From: an uncultured Armatimonadetes bacterium
GTDB taxonomy: Bacteria; Armatimonadota; Hebobacteria; Hebobacterales; Hebobacteraceae
Direction of reading: 5' to 3'
DNA: 64,000 bases
NCBI GenBank assembly: GCA_963716175.1
Contig: OY970296.1
Location: 1,120,001 to 1,184,000, forward strand
Positions 9,868-18,543 of the stretch are shown here, one piece after another. Each line of letters opens with the position of its first letter. The stretch's first letter is position 1. The translations under genes were made by a program, and so were the position numbers. The notes under the pieces are model-generated. The model was not told where the DNA came from, did not search any database, and worked only from the letters and a program-made list of their open reading frames with translations.

Positions 9868-9897
9868 TTGACAGGAATTTCTTCCATGTGCGACAGT
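9868..9897 (+). promoter_or_regulatory. Putative sigma70 promoter of MerR gene
   Basis: TTGACA at 9868-9873; weak -10 GACAGT after 18 nt; AT-rich near-palindrome CATGAAATTTATG just upstream. Confidence 0.45.
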
Positions 9898-9919
9898 GAT
9901 GGCATCGGAGGTATGTCAG

Positions 9920-10600
9920 ATGGAAGACCAGCGCGACCGAGCCTTGTTCGCCATTGGCCTGGCAGCCCAGCAGGTGGGCCTGAGCGCCCGCACCCTGCGC
10001 ATCTACGAACAGGAGGGCCTCCTCCGCCCCGCCCGCAAGGGCGATCAGCGCCTCTACAGCGACCAGGACCTGATCTGGATCCGCTGCATCTCCGAGCTGA
10101 TCCACGGCCACAGCCTCACCACTGCCGCCATCCGCAGGCTGCTCGACCTTATCCCCTGCTGGGAGATCAAGCACTGCCCCGAGGAGGTGGCCGCCCGCTG
10201 CGCTCCCCACCTCCACATCCCCGGCATGGCGGTGCGCGCCCCGGGGGCCCCCGCTGGCTCAGCCGCGGCCGAAGACCGCGCCGGCGGCGCCCCAGAGCAA
10301 GACCAGGGAAAGGCCGTGGAGGTGAAGATCTTCTACGGCATCAAGGAGTTCGGGGTCATCTTCCCCTGCCTGAAGTGCATCCAGGCCGAGCGCATCGCCC
10401 GCCGCATCGCCCAGCGCCACCCTGGCCGGGTGGTGGTGCGCAAGTACGACGTGCTCTCCCCGGAGGCCGACCGCCACGGGGTGATGATGACCCCCACCGT
10501 GGTGGTGAACGGGGAAGTGGTGGCCAGTGGCAGGGGCCTCAGCGCCAACCGCCTGGAGCAGTTGCTCGAGCGGCACCTGAAACCTGACCAGGAAGAGTGA
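9920..10600 (+). CDS. MerR-family regulator with Cys-rich segment and C-terminal thioredoxin-like domain
   Basis: MerR HTH (IGLAAQQVGLSARTLRIYEQEGLL...RLYS), PCWEIKHCP...C, CLKC and GVMMTPTVVVNGEVV; GGAGG RBS. Confidence 0.85.
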   Translation: MEDQRDRALFAIGLAAQQVGLSARTLRIYEQEGLLRPARKGDQRLYSDQDLIWIRCISELIHGHSLTTAAIRRLLDLIPCWEIKHCPEEVAARCAPHLHIPGMAVRAPGAPAGSAAAEDRAGGAPEQDQGKAVEVKIFYGIKEFGVIFPCLKCIQAERIARRIAQRHPGRVVVRKYDVLSPEADRHGVMMTPTVVVNGEVVASGRGLSANRLEQLLERHLKPDQEE

Positions 10601-10627
10601 TACCGCCGCGCTCCCCGGTGCGCACCG

Positions 10628-10657
10628 AAAGGGCGGGGTCTTTCGACCCCGCCCTTT
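10628..10657. terminator. Bidirectional rho-independent terminator
   Basis: AAAGGGCGGGGTC-TTTC-GACCCCGCCCTTT between convergent genes. Confidence 0.8.
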
Positions 10658-10683
10658 GCCATGCTACCCCGAAGGCGTTGCGC

Positions 10684-13551
10684 CTAGATCGGGAGCTTAA
10701 ACGCTCTCTGCACGTACACCGCCATCTGGTCGCGGGAGCAGGGATATTCGGGGTGGTACCAGCCGTCGGGATAGCCGCCGGTCACTCCCCGCTCCGGATC
10801 CGCGATATACTCGATGTACTTGTAGGCCCAGAAGCCGGTGGGCACATCCGGGAAGGTGGGAGTGTCGGGCGGCGTGTAGCCCTCGAGGCCCTCATCCCCG
10901 GTCGGCGTGACGATGGCCCGGGCGATGAACACCGCCATCTGTCCCCGGTCAACCACATCGGCCGGATGATACCATCCATCCGGATAGCCGGTCACGATGC
11001 TGTTGGCGAACGCGTACTCCACGTACTTGAAGGCCCAGAAGTCCAGCGGCACATCCGGGAAGTGGGCCGTCGCCGGACCGCTGGGCACGTGCTCATCTCC
11101 GCCCGCCAGGGCGCGAGATACATACACCGCCATCTGGTCCCGGGAGACGGGAATCTCGGGGTGGTAGTTGCCATCCAGATAGCCCGCCACGATCCCAGCG
11201 CTGAAACAAGCAATGATCGGCCGGAAGGCCCAGTGGCTGGGACCCGCGTCCGGGAAGCCGACCGCGATGTACCGGACCTTGGTCTCGCTGGGGGAGGCGT
11301 ACTCATTCACCGCGGTGAGAGTGACCGTGTAGAGCCCGACCTTGCTGTAGGTGTGGTCCGGATGCTGGTCCGTGGAGGAGGCGCCGTCCCCGAAGCTCCA
11401 GCTCCAGGAGCTCGGGCCATTGGTTGAGAGATCGGTGAAGCTCACCGGCAGCGGGACGATCCCGGCAGTGGGCGTGGCCTCGAAGCTCACCTCCGGCGCC
11501 AGCCCCACCCGCATGTAGCCGGTCTTGGTCAAGCTGTCATCGCCATACAGGTTGCCCACCGTCAGCGTCACCGTGTAAGTGCCTGGCGCTGGATACTCGT
11601 AGACTGGATTCTGCTCGTCCGAGCTGTCGCCATTCCCGAAGGCCCAGGTCCACCACTCGGGAGTGCCTTCTGACAGATCGCTGAAGTGCACCTCCATCGG
11701 GGCCGCGCCGATCACCGCGTCGGCAGCGAAGTCGGCATGCGGGCTCCGCAGCAGCATCAGCATCTCGTTCATCACCAGTTCGACGCAGTCCTCGATGCCA
11801 TCCCCGTCCGCGTCCTGGTTGTGCTCGTCCCAGAGGAAGCCATTGATCACGGTGCGGGAGTGGTTCGAGATCACCACCGCCGCCTCGCTGGGCGTCACCG
11901 GCATGGCGAACCCGGCCACGGCGCGGGAGGTGGAGTCGGTCAGCACCAGCCGGTCCGCGTCCAGGATCCACCCATCATTCCACACCGCCAGGTTGGGGAC
12001 GTCTTGCACACCATCGAACAGCGGGTGCTCAGGCTCCCAGCGGAAAACCGATGGCAGCACTGTCAGACTCTCATCGGAGGCTACCCCGAAGGCCGCCGCC
12101 AGGTCCAGCTTATACTGGTCCGTCAATTGCCAGGTGGAGAGAGCAGCATGGCCGCCGCTGTCGACGTAGTTGACCAGGTCGGTCCAGCCCTCCGCCGGCG
12201 CTGTCGAGGGGCAGTCCACCACCACTGCCTCCCAATCACTACCCGTCAGGGCGGCGTTGAAGGTCGCCGTGTCAGCCTGTACATAGGGGAGGCCCAACCT
12301 CTGCGCCGCCTCCAGGGCGGTGTGCTGAACGGTGCCGTCATCGTAGATCAGGATGGGGATAGCGGACCTGGGGTACTGAACGCTGTTGGCCAGGATCTGG
12401 GCCGCGTTCGCATCCAAAGGCTCATTCCAGAAATCGTACCCCAGCATGATGGCGGCGCCGTAGCCTATGTCCCGGTAGGCCACCGCCGCGTTCCCCAGGC
12501 TGTCCTCCACCACCGCCGTCGCCTCCGCGCCGATGGCGTAGACGCCGGTGGCGTCCATCGCATGCACCGGCTCGCTCACCCCTTCCGCCAGCGGGTGGTC
12601 CGGCGCGACCACAGGCAGGGTTTCACCCGCGTTGTAGACGCCCGCGTAATCGGCGGTCATGAGACCGGTCGCGGTCATGAACCCAGCCCAATCTGCCACG
12701 TCAGACCAGGTCTGCTCCCCGCAGACGATCACGGTGCCGCCGTTCTCTACGAAATCCCACAGCACGGGGCCCAGTGCCGAGCCCACCGCTTCCAGCTCCT
12801 CGCGAGTGGCCTGCTCCTGTTCCGGCACCAGGAAGACGTGTTTGCCCTCCAGCTCCAGCCCCAGCACCCCGGGGTCGGTGGTCAGGGATTCGGTCACCGC
12901 GTAGTTGGGATAGCAGGAGGAGAGGGCCGCCAGAGTGTTAGGATACTCCCTGGTAGTGTCCGTGTAGGGCACCCAGGCCAGGATCTGGAGGGGCACCTGG
13001 GGCGTCTCGCCCAGGATCTCGATGTCGTCAATAGTCCAGCCCGTGGCGGTGTTGTCCTCAGTCGGCCCCAGCACCCAGCGAATGTAGACGGTCGCATGGC
13101 CGTCGGCGGCGGCCGAAATGTCGTACTCGCACAGCTTCCAGGCAGTGTCAAAGATGTCAGCGTCCGCGGGGTTCGCCCACACTGTCTGCCACGTGCTGCC
13201 GTTGTTCGAGACCTGGATGGCGACGCGGTCGTACCGGTAGATGCCGAGCCAGCGTTGGAAGCGCAACCTGGTGCCGGTCAGTTGTGAGCAGTCCAATGGT
13301 CCCGTGGTAAGGTACTGCGCCGGCTGCCACCAGGTGATAGCGCCGTTTAGCACAGTGGCGTAGACATTGACCCCGGTGAAGCCGCCGACGGGATCGGCGC
13401 CCCCTCCGGTCTGGGTCCCGAACTGCCAGTCCCCGGTCATCGCCCAGCCGGGGTTGATGGACAGTTGGAAGTTGTAGATCAGATCCGCGGCCGAGAGCGG
13501 CACCGCGCCACAGATGAGCAATGCCAGCAACAGCAGAGCACCCAGCCTCAT
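10684..13551 (-). CDS. Secreted surface protein with two PKD domains and C-terminal SLH repeats
   Basis: Signal peptide; PKD motifs (WTWAFGNG...PGTYTVTLTV, WSWSFGDG); FPDV..W and GY.DG.YHP...RDQMAV SLH repeats. Confidence 0.9.
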   Translation of the reverse strand: MRLGALLLLALLICGAVPLSAADLIYNFQLSINPGWAMTGDWQFGTQTGGGADPVGGFTGVNVYATVLNGAITWWQPAQYLTTGPLDCSQLTGTRLRFQRWLGIYRYDRVAIQVSNNGSTWQTVWANPADADIFDTAWKLCEYDISAAADGHATVYIRWVLGPTEDNTATGWTIDDIEILGETPQVPLQILAWVPYTDTTREYPNTLAALSSCYPNYAVTESLTTDPGVLGLELEGKHVFLVPEQEQATREELEAVGSALGPVLWDFVENGGTVIVCGEQTWSDVADWAGFMTATGLMTADYAGVYNAGETLPVVAPDHPLAEGVSEPVHAMDATGVYAIGAEATAVVEDSLGNAAVAYRDIGYGAAIMLGYDFWNEPLDANAAQILANSVQYPRSAIPILIYDDGTVQHTALEAAQRLGLPYVQADTATFNAALTGSDWEAVVVDCPSTAPAEGWTDLVNYVDSGGHAALSTWQLTDQYKLDLAAAFGVASDESLTVLPSVFRWEPEHPLFDGVQDVPNLAVWNDGWILDADRLVLTDSTSRAVAGFAMPVTPSEAAVVISNHSRTVINGFLWDEHNQDADGDGIEDCVELVMNEMLMLLRSPHADFAADAVIGAAPMEVHFSDLSEGTPEWWTWAFGNGDSSDEQNPVYEYPAPGTYTVTLTVGNLYGDDSLTKTGYMRVGLAPEVSFEATPTAGIVPLPVSFTDLSTNGPSSWSWSFGDGASSTDQHPDHTYSKVGLYTVTLTAVNEYASPSETKVRYIAVGFPDAGPSHWAFRPIIACFSAGIVAGYLDGNYHPEIPVSRDQMAVYVSRALAGGDEHVPSGPATAHFPDVPLDFWAFKYVEYAFANSIVTGYPDGWYHPADVVDRGQMAVFIARAIVTPTGDEGLEGYTPPDTPTFPDVPTGFWAYKYIEYIADPERGVTGGYPDGWYHPEYPCSRDQMAVYVQRAFKLPI

Positions 13552-13760
13552 ATCGCCTCCTGTCTCGCCGCGGCCCAGCCCTGCGGCCGCGAGCCCCGCC
13601 GAGTGTAACCGTCTACGCCCTCAACGGCGATACTACATGCCACTTCTCTACCGACCGCTACAACGACTCCCACAGGGGTGGGCGCCGGGGCCTGGGGCAC
13701 AGCGGGCCTGGAACTCGCGCCCTCTCGCGCGCTGCCAGCGCTCGCAGCCCCCGGCCCGCG

Positions 13761-15650
13761 CTAGCCGCGCCGCGGGGTGGTGTTCACCGCCTCCATCAGC
13801 AGGTGCCGATCCCGGCCCTTGAGCGTGACCGAGAGGAAACGGCGAGGGGAGCATTGCGCCATCTTGATCACCAGCCGGTTCCACCCCTCCCACAGTTCCA
13901 CCTCGAACTCATCCGCGCTGCTGGGGGAGGCGGGTCGGTGCTCGTGCTGGTAGAACACCTCCTGGCCGTGCAGCCACACCTTCGTCCCATCGTTGCAGCC
14001 CACCCGCAGTCGCGCGCCCTGCGCCCGAGGCAGGAAGTAATCGGTCGCCAGGTAGTAGGTCCCCGCCTCCCCCTCCAGCCCGGCCAGCACGTTCACCGCA
14101 GGCTCGGCCACGGACAGCCGGCGCCACCCTTCCCCACCCAGGAGTGCCTCGCCGGAGAGGATCCCGGGTTGCTCCGGAGCGTGGCTCTCATCGAAGCTGG
14201 CATAGGGGCCCGCCGCATACCAGAGCGATTCCCCCACCAGGGTGATGGGCACTGTGACCTCGCCCCCGTCATCCAGGGCCACGAACAGCGTGCACGGGTT
14301 CACCGCACCCACCCGCGCGTACTCCTCCGGTGCGCTCAGGGCGGCCATGAATAAGACCGTGCTCCCCTCGGGCAGCGCGACTCGTTCCGAGTTGGCGGTC
14401 ACCACGAACCCGGCCGGCGCTGAGACCCGGGTGCGCAGCTCCAGGCTGCGGGGCCCGGCGTTGGTCACTCCGATGGCCAAGCGCCGCGGCAGCTCATAGC
14501 CGATAGTGGGCCGCGTGTCATAGTCCACCTGGATCTCGAGCGGCCCCCTGCGAAAGGAGGTGACATAGGGCCCCATCGCCAGTTCCCGAATCAGGCCGGA
14601 GCCGTCGGGCGCGACCAGTGTCGAGGGCTCCTCCACCGGCTCCTCCGAGAGCTGCACCCGGCCCCCGCACTCCGATCGGATCACCAGCCGCGCCACCTCC
14701 AGCGTCTGCTCCGCCAGCACCGCCGCCGGCAAGGACGGCCCCAGCCCCACCAGGCCCCACCCGGTGCCCAGCTCATCCTCCACCACCTCCCGCCATCTCG
14801 CCGGGATCGCCGACGACCCCAGGATCACCCCCAGCATCGCGCCCGCCGCGGCGCAGGTGCACTCCGTGCTCCACCCGCAGTTGGCGGCCGTGATCAGGGT
14901 GCGGCCGAAGTCCCCGCGCTCGTGCAGCAGGGCCAGCGCGATCAGGCCCGCCGCCACCGTGCTGTCGCGCACCTCCTCCGATCCGTGAGAGCGCAGCAGC
15001 ATCTCCCGCGTGCGCGGCCACTGCGCCAGCTCCCCGTGCCACCGCGTCACGTCTCGCATCGCCCGCGCCACCCGCGAGTCATCCGGGATCAGGCTCAGCG
15101 CGATCTCGATCAGCCGGGCAGGCTCCGACTCCACGAAGGCCGCGCTCACCATCGCCGCCATCACCGCCGCCGCCTCCACCCCAGGGCCGGCGTGGTCGAG
15201 CATCGCGTCCTGGCACGCGTAGTGCGCCGCCTGCCTGGGATCTCCGGGCGCCACCAGCCCCCACAGGTCGGCCCTCGCCAGAGCGGCGAGCGCGCCGCGA
15301 AACGGATTGTCGAACACCCCGCACACCGGTGGGCGCAGGTCCCGGCGGAGATTGCCCACGGCATGGGCGTACTCGGATTCCGGGTATCGCAGGTGCCGCA
15401 GCCAGGCGCTGGCGAGATCGTCTGCAGTGAGCCGCGGCCCAATGCTCTGCAGCGTGCGCAGCCACACCAGTTGGAAGTCTGTGCTTGCGGTCCCGACAGC
15501 AGCTCGCGGCAGGCTATCCAGGAAGCTGGGGCTAAGCTCCTGGGGCTGCCTCTGGCCGTCCATCTGCGCGCCCACCGCGGCGCCGATGAGCTTCCCCAGC
15601 CAACCGCCGTAGACTTTGTCGCGATACCTGGCCTCGGTCAGTGTGACCAT
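13761..15650 (-). CDS. ADP-ribosylglycohydrolase family protein with C-terminal beta-sandwich domains
   Basis: YRDKVYGGWLGKLIG, RADLWGLVAPGDP, DA.LDH, NCGWSTEC; C-terminal NDGTKVW...GWNRLVIK. Confidence 0.85.
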   Translation of the reverse strand: MVTLTEARYRDKVYGGWLGKLIGAAVGAQMDGQRQPQELSPSFLDSLPRAAVGTASTDFQLVWLRTLQSIGPRLTADDLASAWLRHLRYPESEYAHAVGNLRRDLRPPVCGVFDNPFRGALAALARADLWGLVAPGDPRQAAHYACQDAMLDHAGPGVEAAAVMAAMVSAAFVESEPARLIEIALSLIPDDSRVARAMRDVTRWHGELAQWPRTREMLLRSHGSEEVRDSTVAAGLIALALLHERGDFGRTLITAANCGWSTECTCAAAGAMLGVILGSSAIPARWREVVEDELGTGWGLVGLGPSLPAAVLAEQTLEVARLVIRSECGGRVQLSEEPVEEPSTLVAPDGSGLIRELAMGPYVTSFRRGPLEIQVDYDTRPTIGYELPRRLAIGVTNAGPRSLELRTRVSAPAGFVVTANSERVALPEGSTVLFMAALSAPEEYARVGAVNPCTLFVALDDGGEVTVPITLVGESLWYAAGPYASFDESHAPEQPGILSGEALLGGEGWRRLSVAEPAVNVLAGLEGEAGTYYLATDYFLPRAQGARLRVGCNDGTKVWLHGQEVFYQHEHRPASPSSADEFEVELWEGWNRLVIKMAQCSPRRFLSVTLKGRDRHLLMEAVNTTPRRG

Positions 15651-15814
15651 GGTCTTACCTCAGGGGACATCGCGGGGAGCGGACCGGCGGATTCTAACAC
15701 AAACCTGCGGGCCGCGTAAAGGCGGCGGGTTCCCGGTGGCCCGCGCGCGGAGCAGGAGCCGGGTCGCGACAGGGGGAAGGACGAGCGCAGTTCGAACTCA
15801 GAGAGGTTGGCCCC

Positions 15815-16279
15815 ATGCGAGCTTCGGAAGCCATGGCCCGGAAGGTCTGCAGCGTCGGTCCGGAGACCACTGTCGCCGAGGCGGCACGGATCATGTGCGT
15901 CAGCGGACATGGTAGTCTCCCCGTGCTCGACGCAGATGGCCGATTCCTTGGGGTGGTCAGCAAGTACGACCTGGTGCGCCACTGTCTGCCGGGCTACCTG
16001 GAGGAGGTCGGCAACCTCTATCGCTCCGGAGAGTTCCAGCCATTCCTCGAGAAGGCCAAGGAGCTGGCCGGCGCGCCGGTTGCCGGCATCATGGACACTA
16101 GGGCGGTGGTTGGCTCAGAGGACATGCCCCTCGCCGAGGTTGCCTCCCTCATGGTGACGCGGCACGTGCATCAGATCCCGGTGCTGCGCGAGGGCAAGCT
16201 CCTCGGTGTCATCGGCCTCCAGGATGTGATCTCGAAGCTGGCTGAGATAGCCTTTTGCTCGACTTCGACGGAGCCATGA
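15815..16279 (+). CDS. CBS domain protein
   Basis: Two CBS repeats (LPVLD...GVVSKYDL; IPVLREGKLLGVI); ATGA overlap with transporter. Confidence 0.9.
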   Translation: MRASEAMARKVCSVGPETTVAEAARIMCVSGHGSLPVLDADGRFLGVVSKYDLVRHCLPGYLEEVGNLYRSGEFQPFLEKAKELAGAPVAGIMDTRAVVGSEDMPLAEVASLMVTRHVHQIPVLREGKLLGVIGLQDVISKLAEIAFCSTSTEP

Positions 16280-17607
16280 CGGCACACCCCCTGCAGGCGC
16301 TGGCCGCGGTCCTGATCTTCGTCGCGGCCTATGCCTTGATCGCCACCGAGCGCATGCATCGCACCGTAGTCGCGCTGGCGGGCGGCGCGGCCGTGCTCTT
16401 GCTGGGGCTGGTGCCACAGGCGGAAGCCTTCGGCGCCGGCGGCCAGGGGGTGGACTGGAACGTGATCTTCCTGCTGCTGGGCATGATGATCATCGTCAAC
16501 CTCACCCGCCGCACCGGTCTTTTCCAGTGGATCGCGATCAAGGCCGCAAAGCTCGCCCGGGGCGAGCCAGTCCGCGTCCTCCTCCTCCTGGCCGCGGTCA
16601 CCGGCCTGCTCTCGGCCCTGCTGGACAATGTCACCACCGTTCTCTTCATGGCTCCCGTCACTCTGCTCATCGCCGACGGTCTGGGAATCAGCCCGGTCCC
16701 CCTGCTGATAGTGCAGATCATCGCCTCCAATGTCGGAGGCACCGCCACCCTCATCGGCGACCCTCCCAATATCATGATCGGCAGCTCCGCCCAACTGGGG
16801 TTCATGAGCTTCCTGGTCAATCTTGCTCCCATCGCCATCCTTGTCTTCGTGCTGCTCATCCCGCTGTTCAAGTGGATGTTCCGGGAGCAGCTCAAGCCGC
16901 CGCCGGATGTGAAGGAGAGAGTGGCCGGCTTCGACGAGAAGCGCGCCATCACCGAACCCCTGCTTCTCAGGAAGTGCCTGGTCGTGCTCGCCTTCACCTT
17001 CGCCGGGTTCATCCTGCACGAGCACTTTCACCTCGGACCCGCGACCGTCGCGCTGGCCGGGGCCGCTCTGCTGTTGCTCGTGACCAGGGCCCCGGTGGAA
17101 GAGCTGCTGCGCGAGATCGAGTGGAGCACCCTGCTCTTCTTTGTGGGGCTTTTCCTGATGGTCTCGGCCCTGGTCCGCACCGGGATCATCCCCATGGTGG
17201 CCCACCTGTTGCTCTCCCAGGCCAGCCACAACCCGGACGCCAGCGCCATCGCGCTGCTCTGGCTTTCAGCTCTGATCTCGGGCCTGGTGGACAATATCCC
17301 CTTCGTGGCCGCGGCCGACCCGATGCTGGTCCAGCTCGCGGCCGGCCTGGCGCCGCCGGGAGCCGCTCACCTGGCCGCTCTCCATAGCCCGGCCATGATG
17401 GTCTTCTGGTGGTCACTTGCCTTGGGCGCATGCCTGGGTGGAAACGCCACCCTGATCGGCGCCTCCGCCAATGTGGTGGTTGCCGGCATCGCCGAGCGCC
17501 ACGGCCACCCCATTGGCTTCCGCCACTACCTGCGCTACGGCGTTCCCACCACCCTGCTCTCCCTCCTGCTCTCTACTCTCTACATCTGGGTGCGCTATCT
17601 GCGCTAG
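16276..17607 (+). CDS. ArsB/NhaD (SLC13-like) transporter
   Basis: LDNVTTVL, SNVGGTATLIGDPPNIMIG, DNIPF, GGNATLIGASAN motifs. Confidence 0.92.
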   Translation: MTAHPLQALAAVLIFVAAYALIATERMHRTVVALAGGAAVLLLGLVPQAEAFGAGGQGVDWNVIFLLLGMMIIVNLTRRTGLFQWIAIKAAKLARGEPVRVLLLLAAVTGLLSALLDNVTTVLFMAPVTLLIADGLGISPVPLLIVQIIASNVGGTATLIGDPPNIMIGSSAQLGFMSFLVNLAPIAILVFVLLIPLFKWMFREQLKPPPDVKERVAGFDEKRAITEPLLLRKCLVVLAFTFAGFILHEHFHLGPATVALAGAALLLLVTRAPVEELLREIEWSTLLFFVGLFLMVSALVRTGIIPMVAHLLLSQASHNPDASAIALLWLSALISGLVDNIPFVAAADPMLVQLAAGLAPPGAAHLAALHSPAMMVFWWSLALGACLGGNATLIGASANVVVAGIAERHGHPIGFRHYLRYGVPTTLLSLLLSTLYIWVRYLR

Positions 17608-17704
17608 CGGCCACGCTGCTCGCTTAGCCGGCCGCTGGTGGTCCCCCTTCGGGGCGCACTCTCGGCAGGAGCGACCGCCCCGATGGTGAACTGCCCGCGA
17701 GAGT

Positions 17705-18469
17705 ATGATGCACCTCCTGCTTCGTGGGTGTTTGGATCTGCTCTACCCTCCTCGCTGCGAGGCCTGCGGCCGGCTCCGCCGCGACCCCATCTGCCCGGAC
17801 TGCCTCGCCGCCATTGACCGCGTGCAACCCCCGGTGTGCGAGGTTTGCGGCGCGCCCTTCGACCCTCGCGCCCAGGCCCCTCCCCGCTGTGAGCAATGCC
17901 GCCGCGGGCGTAGGCCGTTCTCCATCGCACGCACCGCGGCCTACTACCAGGGTGCCCTCGCCCAAGCGATTCGCCGCTTCAAGTATCACCCCCAGATGGT
18001 GCTCGCGAACCCCTTGGCCTCCCTCCTGGTGGAAGCCCTCTCCGCCGGCCCAGCGGCCGACCTGGACCCGGCCACCCTTGATGTCATCTGCCCCGTCCCT
18101 CTGCATCCGTCCCGGTTGCGCGAGCGCGGGTTCAACCAGTCCGAGCTGCTGGCAGAGGGCCTGTCCGCGGCCACCGGAAAGCCCCTCCGCGCCTTGCTGG
18201 AACGCACCAGACCCACCGCTCCCCAGGTGGACCTGCCCGTCTCCTCCCGCGCGGCCAACGTGCAGGACGCCTTCGCCCCTCGACTCACTGAGGTCATCGC
18301 CGTCCAGCGGGTGCTGCTGGTGGACGACCTCTTCACCACCGGCGCCACCCTCACCGAGTGCGCCCGCACCCTCCGCCGCGCCGGGGCCGCCGAGGTGCGG
18401 GTGCTCACCCTGGCGCGCCCCCTGCCCCGGTGGCGAGTGCCAGCCCCTGAGCAGGGCCCGGCCTCGTGA
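17705..18469 (+). CDS. comF: ComF family protein (double zinc ribbon + PRTase)
   Basis: CxxC pairs, PVPLH..R.RERGFNQS, LLVDDLFTTGATL. Confidence 0.92.
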   Translation: MMHLLLRGCLDLLYPPRCEACGRLRRDPICPDCLAAIDRVQPPVCEVCGAPFDPRAQAPPRCEQCRRGRRPFSIARTAAYYQGALAQAIRRFKYHPQMVLANPLASLLVEALSAGPAADLDPATLDVICPVPLHPSRLRERGFNQSELLAEGLSAATGKPLRALLERTRPTAPQVDLPVSSRAANVQDAFAPRLTEVIAVQRVLLVDDLFTTGATLTECARTLRRAGAAEVRVLTLARPLPRWRVPAPEQGPAS

Positions 18470-18543
18470 CGGTCCCGCCAGGGATTTGATGCCGCCGCAG
18501 CGAAAATCTCAATAGTGTCGCGAGGATACCACGAGCCCTGCGC

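Noticed and set aside
6467-10600. Selenocysteine read-through in DGC or thioredoxin-like proteins
   Set aside because: The ORFs are complete with Cys codons at the motif positions; no in-frame TGA is needed.
15651-15814. Possible ion-sensing riboswitch before the CBS/NhaD genes
   Set aside because: No match by eye to riboswitch consensus sequences; the putative promoter leaves only about 20 nt of leader. An Rfam scan would settle it.
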